A model generated the notes under the pieces. The model saw only the letters and a list, made by a program, of their open reading frames with translations. It did not search any database and was not told where the DNA came from. From Lama glama (lineage: Eukaryota): a stretch of 64,000 bases of DNA. Shown piece by piece: positions 24,980 through 37,990 of the stretch. The DNA lies in NCBI GenBank assembly GCA_028534125.1, contig CM052816.1:8682001-8746000 (forward strand), given 5' to 3'. Position 1 is the stretch's first letter; each line of letters begins with the position of its first letter. The position numbers were made by a program, and so were the translations under genes.

Positions 24980-26150
24980 TGGAGAGGCTGTGGAGAAAAG
25001 GGAACCCTTCTACACTGCTGGTGGGAATGTAGTTTGGTGCAGCCACTGTGGAAAACAGTATGGAGATTCCTCAAAAGACTAGGAATAGACTTACCCTATG
25101 ACCCAGGAATTCCACTCCTGGGCATATATCCAGAAGGAACTCTACTCCAAAATGACACATGCACCCCAATGTTCATAGCAGCACTATTTACAATAGCCAA
25201 GACATGGAAACAGCCCAAATGTCCATCAACAGATGATTCGATAAAGAAGATGTGGTATNNNNNNNNNNNNNNNNNNNNNNNNNNNNNNNNNNNNNNNNNN
25301 NNNNNNNNNNNNNNNNNNNNNNNNNNNNNNNNNNNNNNNNNNNNNNNNNNNNNNNNNNNNNNNNNNNNNNNNNNNNNNNNNNNNNNNNNNNNNNNNNNNN
25401 NNNNNNNNNNNNNNNNNNNNNNNNNNNNNNNNNNNNNNNNNNNNNNNNNNNNNNNNNNNNNNNNNNNNNNNNNNNNNNNNNNNNNNNNNNNNNNNNNNNN
25501 NNNNNNNNNNNNNNNNNNNNNNNNNNNNNNNNNNNNNNNNNNNNNNNNNNNNNNNNNNNNNNNNNNNNNNNNNNNNNNNNNNNNNNNNNNNNNNNNNNNN
25601 NNNNNNNNNNNNNNNNNNNNNNNNNNNNNNNNNNNNNNNNNNNNNNNNNNNNNNNNNNNNNNNNNNNNNNNNNNNNNNNNNNNNNNNNNNNNNNNNNNNN
25701 NNNNNNNNNNNNNNNNNNNNNNNNNNNNNNNNNNNNNNNNNNNNNNNNNNNNNNNNNNACCAACAACATAACGCCATTTGCAGCAACATGGATGCTCCTG
25801 GAGAATGTCATTCTAAGTGAAGTAAGCCAGAAAGAGAAAGAAAAATACCATATGAGATCGCTCATATGTGGAATCTAAAGACTCATGGACAGAGAATACA
25901 GACTTGTGGTTACCAGGGGGGTAGAGGGTGGGAAGGGATAGACTGGGATTTCAAAATGTAGAATAGATAAACAAGATTATACTGTATAGCACAGGGAAAT
26001 ATATACAAGATTTTATGGTAGCTCACAGAGAAAAAAAATGTGACAATGAATATATATATGTTCATGTCTAACTGAAAAATTGTGCTCTACACTGGAATTT
26101 GACACAACATCATGAAATTATTATAAATCAATAAAAAATGTTAAAAAAAA
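24980..26150 (+). mobile_element. Young 5'-truncated L1 of the same subfamily as 16475-17251, spanning the assembly gap
   Basis: Near-identical to the 16.5-kb copy, with a poly(A) tail. Imperfect TSD AAAGAAATAAGTCAA (24965-24979) and AAAGAAAGATGTCAA (26151-26165). Confidence 0.92.
25259..25758. other. Assembly gap (500 N)
   Basis: Run of exactly 500 N. Confidence 1.
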
Positions 26151-29100
26151 AAAGAAAGATGTCAAGAAACAGAAAGACACAAGATACAAGGAATTGGTGA
26201 TCTAATATGTGAGAGGGACTGAGGAAATCCCCAGGATAGAGGAAAGAAAATCCTAGGTTTGACTGTTGGCTACAGAGAGACAGCAAACGAACTGGGCTAT
26301 AGTACTAGAATGTCTCGAGAACAGATTTTTTGAATCAGTAGAGAATATGGTGCTTATTTAGGCATAATTACACAGACAATTCATACAAAACTGAAAAACA
26401 AACCAATCAACAAAAACAAGAGTTGTCGTAACTGTGCAGAAAAGATAAAAGTAATTACATGTCACTACCTGGTTCGATTATAAGTAGAATCCACAGATAT
26501 AATAATGCAAGTGATCTAATTCATATTAAGTACTGAGAGGATAGGGTGATGGAGAGGGAGTGAAAAAAAGCTAAAGCCTCATATTCCATAGAGGAAATCA
26601 AAGAACAATGCCTAAATTGAAAGCTCAAGAAGCAGCGGTACACGTGTGCTATAAAGTAATCAGCTAAAAATGATATAAGGAACTGCCTGGCAGTGGCTGG
26701 AGCAGGAAAGAGAAGAGGACGAGCTGCTTTTCATGACAAACATTATAGAATCATCTGTCTCTGTTTCTCATGACAAATGCAGAACTATCCATCTCTTTAA
26801 ATTACACACTTTTATAGCTTTGAAGTGAACTAAACACTAACTGCAAGAAAAAGTGAGAATCTCTTAATTTTGCTAGAGATTAACATTGAAAAAAATTTAT
26901 CATATTCCTATATATACCAACAATATATAAAAGTGCAATTTAAGGAAAAATAGCAGCACAATAATAAAAAGACTTAATAATATATTAATACTTAATACTT
27001 ATTCCTTCTTAAATATCTTGATTTAACAAAAGATGTATAAGACTTTAACAAAAAAATCATAAAATTTTATTGAAATACATCAAAGAACTAATTACAAGTA
27101 GAGATACACTATTTTCATGGATAGGATGAATCAATATCATAAAGACAAAAAAAAAATTGCCCAAATGGCTTCAATACAATTTCAGTAAAACTCCCAATAG
27201 GGTTTGGGGTTTTTTTGTTGTTGTTTTTAGTAGAACATAATAAAATTATTCTAAAATATATATGGACAAGTAAAAGGCTAAGAGAACTCTGAAGAACAAG
27301 GTAGGGGTATTTGTCCTACCAGACAGCTAGATCTATTTGAAAGTCATAATGATTAAAAAGTATAGTATTGACATAGGGGAAAACAGATCAGTGGAACAGG
27401 TTGGAGAGCCCAGAAACAGACCACAGTAAATATGGAAACTTGATATATGACATAAGTGTCATTATAAGTTACTGGGAAAAGACATTCCATGGGGCAATTG
27501 GTCTCCTCTATAAAAAAACCCCAAAACACCCCAAATACATTCCAGATGGATTAAAGCCCTAAATGTTAAATGTGAAACTCTAAATTCTTAGAAGAAACAA
27601 GAAAATATTTTTATATTGTCTAGAAGGGAAGGATTTTTTTCAACAAAATATAAAATGTGCAAACCCCAAAAGAAAAGTTGATACATCTGATGACAGTAAT
27701 ATTGAAAAGTTCTGTTCATAAACAATTGTAAAATCAAAAGGAAAAGAGAGGCCTTGGACCAGAAGATATCTGTAGTTAATATAATCTAAAAAAGTTTAAT
27801 ATCTAGACTATATAAAGAACTTCTATGAATCATTAAAACAATGCAATCTAAAAGAAAACCAGACAAAGGATATGATTGCAAAAACAGTGTCTGGGTTCAT
27901 TCAGTGTCAATTTTAATCTCCTCCTATTATGTCTTGCTGCAATGCTGATACTGGAGAGCTAAAACCCAGCTTTCCAGACTCCCTTGCAACTAAGATTCTA
28001 AGATCCCACCAATTTGATGGTCTCAAGTGAGCCCAGATTTGGAAATGAGCTAAGCAGGAAGAGAAGCAGTGCTTGAGATATCCATTTGATGAAGCAGGTA
28101 CTGCATTGTGCCGGAGTCAGTAGTTCTGGCAACAGGTTGAGGCTGAAGTCGTGGAATCTTGAAGCCAGCAGCAGGGACAGCAGCTCCCCAGTTCTCATTT
28201 CCTGATTGTTATGGGCTAGCAGTTTCTTTGGAGGGCCTTTCCTATATTATTGCTCTGGGACTCAGTCCTGAGGCCCCTTCTGTGACCTGCTTCTCCAGCC
28301 CCTCCACCAACTTGGTAAGCACCTTAGACCCTCTTTTAATGATTAGAACAGAATGATTTGTGTTATCTCCAACTAAAACCTGGCTGATACAGGCACGAAC
28401 AGGTAATACACAAAAGAAAAAAATTTAAATGGCTAATATACAAATGGAAAGATTTCCAATTCACTAGTACCTAGGCAAATGTGAATAATTAAAACCACAA
28501 TGAGATACCATTTCATCCCCAACAGATTGGCAAGATATAAAAATAAAATGTTGGGAAGATAATAGATAAATGGGAAATCTCATATATTGATATGATAATG
28601 GAAATTGTTGCAACCACCCTGAAGAGCAATTTGGCAATATTTAGAGAAGGTGAAAATGTGCATATTCTCAGGCCAAGGAGTTCTTCTCCTAGATATATCC
28701 TGCCTTCAAGAGACTTCTCCACATACACACAAGAAATGTAGACAAGAAAGTTCACTGCAGTACTGTTGAAATAACAGAAAATTAGAAAAAAAAAACATAA
28801 ATGTCCCAAGGAAAATGGACAAATAACTTGCGGTGTAGCCATTTAATGGAATGCTGAACAACAACAAAAATGAATAAACTATAGATTCATGTATCAATAT
28901 GGATATCCTCACAAACACTGTAAAGAGGAAAATACATATATAAACAAGTCCTAGAAGGATACACAGAGTATGATACCATTTTTTAAAGTTTAAAATATAC
29001 AAAACAATGCTAGATATTGTTTAGAGATACATACACATGTAGCACAGATACTAAATTTTTCATGGAAGTGATTAGCAATAAATCCAAGTGATGAAAAAAA

Positions 29101-30489
29101 TTTTCATACAGTGAGGTACGGGGAAGTCATTCTGACTCATATATGATTTAACTCAAATTTTATGCTAACTAAAACAGCCTGTTTGTGGCCTATGGAACAT
29201 ACATTGTCACATCTGCTTTAATTATTAAAGAAAAGGGGGCACTGATCAGAAGTAAAGAATGTCCATGTTAAAAATAAATACTAAATGCAGTTGGAAGGAG
29301 TAATACAGAGGTTCTATATACCCTTTACCCAATTTCCCCAATGGTAATATCATGCAAAACTATTTAATACAGTAACACAGCCAAGATGTTGACACTGACA
29401 CAGTCAAGATGCAGAACAGTTCCATCTCAAGGATCCTTCGTGTTGCCTTTTTTACCCACTTAGTTCCAGCCCTATCCTATCCTTAACCCTCGGCAACCAG
29501 GAATCTATCTCCACTTCTACAGTCTTGTCAGTTCAAAGTTGTATGTAAATCATATAGTATGCATATTTGAATCAAACAGTATACAACTTTTTGGGGCTGA
29601 CTTTATTTAATCAGCATTCTCTGGAGACTCATCTAAGCTATTGTGTGTTATCAATAGTTCCTAGTTCCTTCTTTTTTATCGCTGAGTACCTGAGATGTTT
29701 TGTTAAAAAAAAACAAAAACTGAAGCAAATATGGCAAAAATGTTAAAATTAAACAAAGCCAGGTAGTAAGAACACAAGCATTTGTTGTTTTGTTCTCTGT
29801 TCTTTTCTGGATGGTTAAAATATTTCCTAATATTTAAAGTGGAATACATCCCATTTGGCCTTGGGTTATTTAGAGCTATGCCTCATCTTCCTGGCTAGAC
29901 ACTAAGCCCTTGGAGACTAGAAGAACACCCATTCTTTGGGTCCTCCTCTGTCTCACAATGTTTATGCATATACAAATACATATTTGCACACATAAATGGC
30001 CCTTTTCAATGTATTAGTAGAAGAAGTTTCCGTCCTGGGAATACTGACCCACAGATCAGATAGTATGTACAGGTGTCTGGGGAGAGCAAGGTTGCTCAGA
30101 AGGCAGGGGGTTCAGAAAGATCCTAAACCCATTTTTCTGATGCACAGCTCTAGTCCAGATCCTGAACACTGCCACTGGCTTGCTGAACTGTCCCTGGCCT
30201 GAATTGCTGACATTTATCTCCCAGTACATTGCATCTCTAGAAAAATCCCGATGGGATTTCAGAACTACTCAGGTTTCACCATTCAGAATTGTTGCTAAAT
30301 AAACAAAAAGCATAAGCAATACTTCACAGAGCACTGCTAAATATTTAAAATAGCACTTAGGTTAATTTGCACTTAGGTTAATTACAATCTAGACCTCCAA
30401 GCAGGCCTAGCAGAACATCTCTGTAGCATTTTGTTATTCTCTTAGTTTATAGTCCATATAATGGAAAGAAATACATTTTTATTTCATTA

Positions 30490-31665
30490 AAAATATTATA
30501 TATTATTTGGCAATGAAAAGGAATAAAGTACTGATTTGTGCTATAACATGAAAGAATCTTGAAAACATTTTGCTAAATGAAAGAAGTTAGTCACAAAAGA
30601 CCACATATTTTATGATTCTATTTACATGAAATGTCCAGAATAGGTAAATCTATAGAAACAGAAAGTAGATTAGTAATTTCCAGGGCTGAAGGGACAGAGG
30701 TTTGGAATGTGGTGGCTGGGTTTCTTTTGGGAATGGTGAAATGTTCTAAATTTACTGTGATGCTAGTTGCACAACTCAGTGAATATACTAAAAACCATTG
30801 ATATGTACACTTTAAATGGGTGAATTATATCTCAATAAAACTGTTACTCAAAAAATATTTTATAATATGAAGTCCTGGCAAGGGTATGGAGAAACTGGAT
30901 TTCTCATACGTTGCTGATGGGAATGTAAAAATGGTACAGCTACTCTGGAAAATAGTTTGTCAGTTTCTTTAAAAACTAAACATATACTTTCCAGCAATCA
31001 CGCCACAGGGCATCTATTCCAGAGGAAGAAAACTTATGTCTATATAAAAACCTGTTTACAAATATTCCAAATGTTCATAGAAGCTTTACTGGTAATAGCT
31101 AAAAACCGAAAACAACCAAAGTGTTGCTTAATAGGTGAGTTTAAAGGTGGATAGCTAAAAAAAAAAGTGGTATATCAAATATCACAGAATACTCAGAAAT
31201 AAAAAGGAATGAACTACTGATAAACTGCAACTACTGAATGGTTCTTGAGGCTATCATGCTGCCTGCAAAAAAAAAAAACCCAACCTGGAAAGGTTACATA
31301 TTGTATTATTCCATTTATATAACATCCAAAATTATAGAGACAGAGATCAGAATAATCACCTGGTTAGGGATGAGGGTTGGGGGCAGGTGGGTGTGACTAC
31401 AAAGGAATAGCACCAGGGAGAAATTTGTGGTGACAGGATAGATCTGTACCATAATTGAGGCAGTGGTTACAGAAATCTATACATGTAATAAAACTGCACA
31501 GAACAATCATACACATATATTATGCCAATGCCAATTTCCTGGTTTTAACATTGTGCTGTATTTAAATAAGATGTAACCATGGAGGAACTTGGTAAAGAAA
31601 AGAACCTCTCTGTACTCTTCTTGCAACTTCCAGTTGACCTATAATTATTTCAGAATAAAAAGTCA
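30490..31665 (+). mobile_element. Two old L1 3' ends (L1MB/L1MC-like)
   Basis: TTGAAAACATTTTGCTAAATGAAAGAAG...TATATCTCAATAAAACTG, then a second 3' end finishing ATAATTATTTCAGAATAAAAAGT. Confidence 0.7.
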
Positions 31666-32742
31666 AAAACAAAGTATTAGACAGCTTAAGTCATCCACTG
31701 TCTTTGTGACACTCTCAGGACAAATGCAGCTTAAAAGCCTGGGAGAGCAGGCTGGGTGCCTTTGTTCCATTTCCTCTTCTGGTCTGATAAGGAGGCTTGT
31801 CTTGGAGAATACATTTGGGAAAATAATGCCTTTCAATATAGTCCCATGCTCAGCTCTGAGACCTCTTTGATGACCTGTGATAGGCAATTAAGAACTAAAA
31901 TCGGTCTAGCATATAGTTGGTACTGAAAAAAAAAAAGTCTGCTGAATGTTAAGCAGTGACTACTTCTGACTCTAGGATAGGATAAAACAGTTCATTCTCT
32001 TCTCTTCTCTTCTCTTCATACTGGTACAGGAAAATTTGGACATTCACATGTTCATTCAACAAATATTTGGAGCAGCTATTTCATGCCAAGCATTTTTCTG
32101 GATTCTGAGTATACAAATTTAAAAGGGAAAAAAGGGCTCTACAATAAGGATGGGGCATTTAAAACACCTGGTTACTTGCTCCAAGTTTCATTTCACTAAA
32201 AGCAGAGGGACTAAATAAATGTTATAGACATCCTGATAATTTCATGCCTTTCAAAATAGAAGTTAGAAGTAACAACAGCAATGATACTCTGAAGCTAATT
32301 CTGACCAATCAGAAGAACAGAATGAAGAAATGGAAGTAAGTAGATCCCAGGGAAAAGTGAAACCATCATCTTAAAGTTCTTTCATAAGAAAATGTAAAAT
32401 GTCATGGCAAGAAAAGATGGACATCCAACAATCTTCCACCCCAGGTTCTAGAGGGAAGTCAATTTAAACATTTAAGAAAAAATTTTAAAAGGAAGTAAAA
32501 CCTCTGTCTGAGATTCTAGGGATTAGGGTTCAGGGAAGACTGTCAAAGATGAAGTTCAAGCATCGTGACAGCAAAAGACCCTGTTGAAGAATAAAGGGAG
32601 GAAATACCTATAGAAACAAAAGTGGCCACAAAGGGATCCTGGCTAATGAGCCTAGTTTATAAAGATATTCACAAAAGTCAGAGGGGAGGTCCCTATACAA
32701 AGAGATTCCAGAACTCTAAAATGAAGAAGGATCTGGGATTGA

Positions 32743-32985
32743 GGGGAAAGGGGGTGGGAAGGGATAAACTAGGAGTTCAAGATTTGCAGATACTTATATA
32801 TAAAATAGATAAACAACAAGTTATACATATAGTACAGGGAACTGTATTCAATATCTTGTAGTAACCTATGATGAAAAAGAATATGAAAAGGAATATATTA
32901 TGTATATGTATGTAAACATTATGCTATAAGCCGGAAATTGACCCAACACTGTAAACTGACTATACTTCAATTAAAACAAAGAAAA
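32743..32985 (+). mobile_element. Short L1 3'-end insertion, same family as 11716-11968
   Basis: Homologous to the 11.7-kb copy. 20-bp TSD with 2 mismatches at 32723-32742 and 32986-33005. Confidence 0.88.
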
Positions 32986-35900
32986 GAAGAATGATATGGG
33001 ATTGACAAAAATGTAAGAATAACCTCCAAAGCTATGCCCCTATCACTGCCAACTAAATTTTAAGGTTTATGTTCAGAAAAGGTTCAGAAACAGGTACACT
33101 ATTTGATGGCTTAGCTTTCCTTTTCTTAGCCCTGAAGAGTGACTGCAGGGGGCACTGTGAAGATTAGGAGCCTAGACTCTGGAGCCAGAAAACCTTATTT
33201 CAAATTCTGATTCTGCAATCAATCAGCCAGGTTCCTGGGATAACTGTATAACCTTCCTTACAGGGCTATTATAAGATTTCATAAAATACTCCATGTAAAG
33301 TGTCCAGCAAAGTTTCTGGTACATGGTAAGTTCTCAATAACAGTAGCTGTTGTTTTTGTTACTATTACTGTTAAAATAGAGAGAGTGGCATGACCCTGGA
33401 TGAGACACTTCGCTGATCATATTCAAGTAGGTGGTGAGAACAGCTAATCATGATGATAATAATAAGTAATGAGAACTACAAAGCAGAACCTGACTGACAA
33501 TGCATCTAACACCAAAGAAATAAAACTGAGATACAGACAGACCATGAGACTGAGCCCTGATGGCATTACTCAATCCAGCCATGATGGAAGCTGATTCCCT
33601 TTGGATTTTCTTGGTATGAGATAATACATTTTCATTCCCCATCCTGCATTGGCCTAAGCCACTCAGAGTTGGGTTTCTGCTACCTGATTAAAACAGATGG
33701 TCTATCAGCCCTTAGAAAGGGAAACAGGGAGCCAGAATAGGTTAACAAAAAAACAGAACAGGTCATGCCAGACTACCCTCATTCCCTTAACCAAAGTGGA
33801 CTAGATCAGTAGATCAAAGGAATGCTATAGCCTAGTGTAACTGGATCAGCAGGGTGTTGATGGTCTCTCATGACATTCTTACAAATAAGGAATGAGATGC
33901 AGTAATGGAATAAGATGTGGTGATGGAGGCTAGGGGAGGAGGGGAGGCAATAAGAAAGTAACAAAAACTAAAAACTGATAAAACTGCCAAATTCAAAGAA
34001 TGTTGATCAGTGTCAACGTCAGCCTCTGGGATCTGTCCTGTAGTATTAAGGATAGCCATTAGTTCTTTTGGTGCTTCCCACCTCTAAGACTACCCGAGTC
34101 TAAACCTCCACCACCCTTCTCCTGAACTGGATGCATAGCACTAGAGTAGAGTGGTGAAAAACATAAAACTGACTGCTTTATTTCTTAGCCTGAAACCCAG
34201 ACAAGTCTTCCCTGACTCCCATTCGCCTTCCAAAGAACCACTCCTTTCTCCCAATAATCATGTTTCTTATTCTATTTGTTTTACTGGTTCGTTGTATAGA
34301 GCAGAAACTCCATAAGGGCAGGGATCATGTTTCTTTTATTCATCAATTACCTTGGGTCTACTCTAGATCTTGCACATGGTAGGTGCTCAATTAATTGAAT
34401 TAATGACTGAATGACATGGATAAACCCTGGCAGAACAGCAACCAAATTGCCAATGACACTCTTACAAATGGAGTTAGACTAAGATGATCATACACAACTC
34501 CTGGAAGCCACCACAAAGTTTGAGGTAAGATAAGAGACAGAAACTCCCCTTGAATTTTATATAACATATTATATAGTATGCACACTTTTTTGTCTGGCTT
34601 TCTTCTTTAAGCAAAATTATTTTGAGATCCACCCATGTTGTAGCATGTATCAATCGTTCATTACTTTTTATTGTTGAGTAGTATTCTATTATATAAATAG
34701 ACCACAGTTTGTTTATCCATGCACTGAATGAACAGTTGGTTGCTTCCAGCTTCTCTATCACGATAAAGCTGGACCTAGGAATGGAATGTCTCGATCACAA
34801 GACAAGTATATATTTAACTTTTAAAGAAAATGTCAAACTTTTAAAATGTAGTTGTACCATTTTACATTCCTGTCAACAGTGTGTAAGAGTTCCACGACCT
34901 CGACAACACTTGGTGTAGCCGTCTTTGAAATGTTACCTGCTTGTGGTTTTAATGTGCATTTCCCCAGTGATTAATGATCTTGAGTATCTTCTCAAGAGCT
35001 TATTTGCCATCAATATATCTTCTTTGGACATCATGGGTTTCTTATTTGTCTGTTTAAATTACAAAAGAGGCTCTTGCTCATTACATAACTAGATAAACAA
35101 CACAGGAATTTATAAATAATTAATAGTTTCCCACTCCCTTAAACACATAACTAGAGGTGCGTAAGAATCACCAGGAACGCTTATTAGGTATGCAAATTCT
35201 TGCCCCCACTCATGAAGATTGTGATTCAGTATGTCACAGACAGGGCATTTTGATAAGCCCTTAGGTGATTCTGATGCAAGTGATCTGTAGATAATTTCTT
35301 GAGAAATTCTGCTCATACTCTTATCCTATAAAGGAATAGTTGAAGGAATGAAGACAACGAGTCTGGAGGAGAAGATACGTGGAAGGGGTACATGGGTCGT
35401 CTTCAAATAAGGAAAAGCCTTTGCCCGAGAGAGTGGGTGTTTGCTCTATGTTGTCCCATGGAGCACCAAGAGTTTGGAATCTAAAAACCAAATTTAAAAA
35501 AACAAAAAAACCTTTCTAACAGAGCTACTGTGAAACAAAATCAGGCAATAGAACCAGCAATTTAAGGAACCTGCCAAAGTCACCAAGCTTGGAGAAAAAG
35601 GACTCCTCTGAGTTGAGAAATTACTGATTGAGGGTGAAGAAGAGAGGGGAAGAGACATGCCAAACATACACATACATACACTCTCTCTTTCTGAGGAAAA
35701 ACTCCCCTTTATAAACACACAGAGAGGAATGTAACCACCAATCAGGTAGTGTGTCTCCTAGCCCAAATTAAATAGCAGCTAGTTGCCCTAAACCATATTT
35801 CCCTGGCTCTGTTTGCAAGGCCTAAAATGGTTGAGAAAGAAGACAACACAGTATTTGGTAAGAGCAGTTCTTTTTATAGATAAGTAGGTCTGCCCCGGGC

Positions 35901-36270
35901 CCTGTCCTCACAATTTTGGATCCACAGATTTTAAAGAGCTTAAGCCTGTCAATAAACAAACAACAGGCTTTAGACAATCAAGCTCAACAAATACCATTTT
36001 GCTTTAGTTACAGCACCCAAACAACCCCACCCCACCCCCACCATCAGTTAAATAAAAAGCCATTTATTTGTTCTAGGGCAGAATCAACCAAGGCACTGTT
36101 TACCACAGCAAGACTCTGATCCAAGAGGGATGTGAGCCAACTACCAAGTTAACTCCTGTACCCTGGCAGAAACTCAGCTGAGCCTCCATCACTAGGCAAA
36201 TGCACACCATTGCTGGTGGTGTCCAGGTTCCCATGTATGTCTTTCTCTTTCTTCTCATTTAAAAACAACT

Positions 36271-36305
36271 ACACATACATACATACATACATACATACAT
36301 ACATA
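36271..36305. repeat. (ACAT)n microsatellite
   Basis: Directly visible. Confidence 0.9.
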
Positions 36306-37519
36306 ACAACTATACAGGTGCTGGCTCCATTCAAAAGTGGCAAGTGAGGCCCAATAAATGGTCCTTGTTAGAATGTCTGGTAGTTTCTACTTTCAGCATT
36401 TGACCTTGGGTCAAATACTCAGCATAGTGCATTATTCCAAGTGCACTCTTGTTTAGGTTCCTATCACCAAGGTATGTGCCGTTCTTTGTAAGTCATAATA
36501 GGATTGACTTTATACTTGCATGTTTTTAATTTTTTAATTTTGTTTTCTTTTATTTCGGATAAGCCTAATTTCCGCCAGGTTATCACCCTTTCTTAACTGG
36601 CACAGCTTTGACTCACTGGGCTGTATGTACCAGTCTTATGGAGCATCTACTAGTGCCAGGCACTGGGCTCAATGTTCATTTGCAGTCTGACAATAACCTG
36701 AAAGAGGAGGCAGACAATCTTTTCTTTGGTTTACAAAGAAAACTGGGCCTTGGCGAGATGAAACTATGTGTCCAAGATCAGGCAGCTAAGGGCATCAGGA
36801 CGCTGTCCGGACTCACAGAAGGAATCTACTCTTTTTACCAGCTGCTTCCCTTTAAAAGAGCAAATAAATTGCTCTGAAATAGCACAGTCTAAATGCCAGA
36901 CTTCAGTCATTCCTCACAGCAGGGACGCTTCACCCCGCTGTCAAATCTGAAACTGTATGCAAGATTATGCGTGAACCCACGGGAGGGAACCCAGATTTTT
37001 AAGGAGTCAGTGATTTCAAGGTTAAGAGCCAGCGGCTTGGCAGGCTGTCAGCTTCGCCATTCCCAAGTTTCTGGCGCTCGCTGTTCAGGGAGCACTGGAG
37101 CGGGAGCCGGAAGTTCTGGCTTCCAGTCGCAGCCTTGGCACTACTTATCTGAGGGACGTTGGCCAACGCAGCTCACCTATGGACCACAGATTTCAGTTCT
37201 CTTTTCCCCTGGTCCTAGCTGTTTATTTATAATTATACTTACATGTGTAAGGTTGTTTGTTATTGTTATTGTTTTTGTTTTTTTTTTTAGCCATTGTTTG
37301 TATTATTTCATTGTTCTAATGTATGGATTCTTATTAAAAGTCGCCTCTAATCCTACAGTGAAATAGGTAAGGATAAACAAAGAAATACAAGGAAAAATAA
37401 TTAGTTTTTACTAGACCAGCTTACCTCTCTGGGCCTGTTTCCCACCTGTAAACTGACCAGATTGGGTCGGACGGATCAGATTGCTCATATTCCCTTAAGG
37501 CTCAAGACAAAAAGCTAGC

Positions 37520-37990
37520 TACTGAGCAAGCCAGGCGTTGTTGCTCCCGCTCTCCCCCACCTCCCTTTCCGGATCTGATCAGCAACTGTTTTCCAGCACC
37601 CTTCCCCGGCCCCAGTTACCCCGGTGGACTCACCGCGCTGTGCGCAAGGTGCCGGCTCCCGCGGGGAGCTCGGCCGCCCCGGTGACTGCGCAGCCAGGGC
37701 TGGAGGGGCGCGGGGGTCCCGGACACGGCCGCCGCGCGGGAGCTTGTGCGCGCTGTTCCCACGAAGGGCGCGGGCAGACACCAATCTGCCCACGCTGCGT
37801 ATGTGCGTGCGCCGCGAGAGGGCGGCCCCGGCTCCCGCCTTTGTTAATTGTCCATCTGGAGGCAGGTTGTTTTCCACTCGCTTCTCTGGGAGCTCGGCCC
37901 ATCCTGGGGGCCGCAGCAGCAGCCATGCAGTGGCCCGCAGGACCTCTGGGTTCCTGTCCTAGCTCTCCTGGGAGCCCTCTGCGCAATCTT
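37520..37990 (-). promoter_or_regulatory. ARHGEF37: CpG-island promoter and probable non-coding exon 1 of ARHGEF37 (donor after 37634)
   Basis: GC- and CpG-dense island about 14.7 kb upstream of the first coding exon. Minus-strand donor GCG|GTGAGT (plus-strand actcac at 37628-37633). The TSS cannot be determined from sequence. Confidence 0.8.

Larger units (their letters stand above)
23640..29100 (+). mobile_element. Old degraded L1 fragments (ORF1/ORF2/3' parts; L1ME/L1MC-like) with nested younger insertions
   Basis: A-rich strand with L1 ORF2-like remnants (GGAACAGGTTGGAGAGCCCAGAAACAGA; AAAACCACAATGAGATACCATTTCA). No intact ORF. Confidence 0.7.

Noticed and set aside
24950..25878. Long ORFs of 187-273 aa
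   Set aside because: Artefacts of translating through the N gap; the real residues are L1 ORF2 C-terminus.
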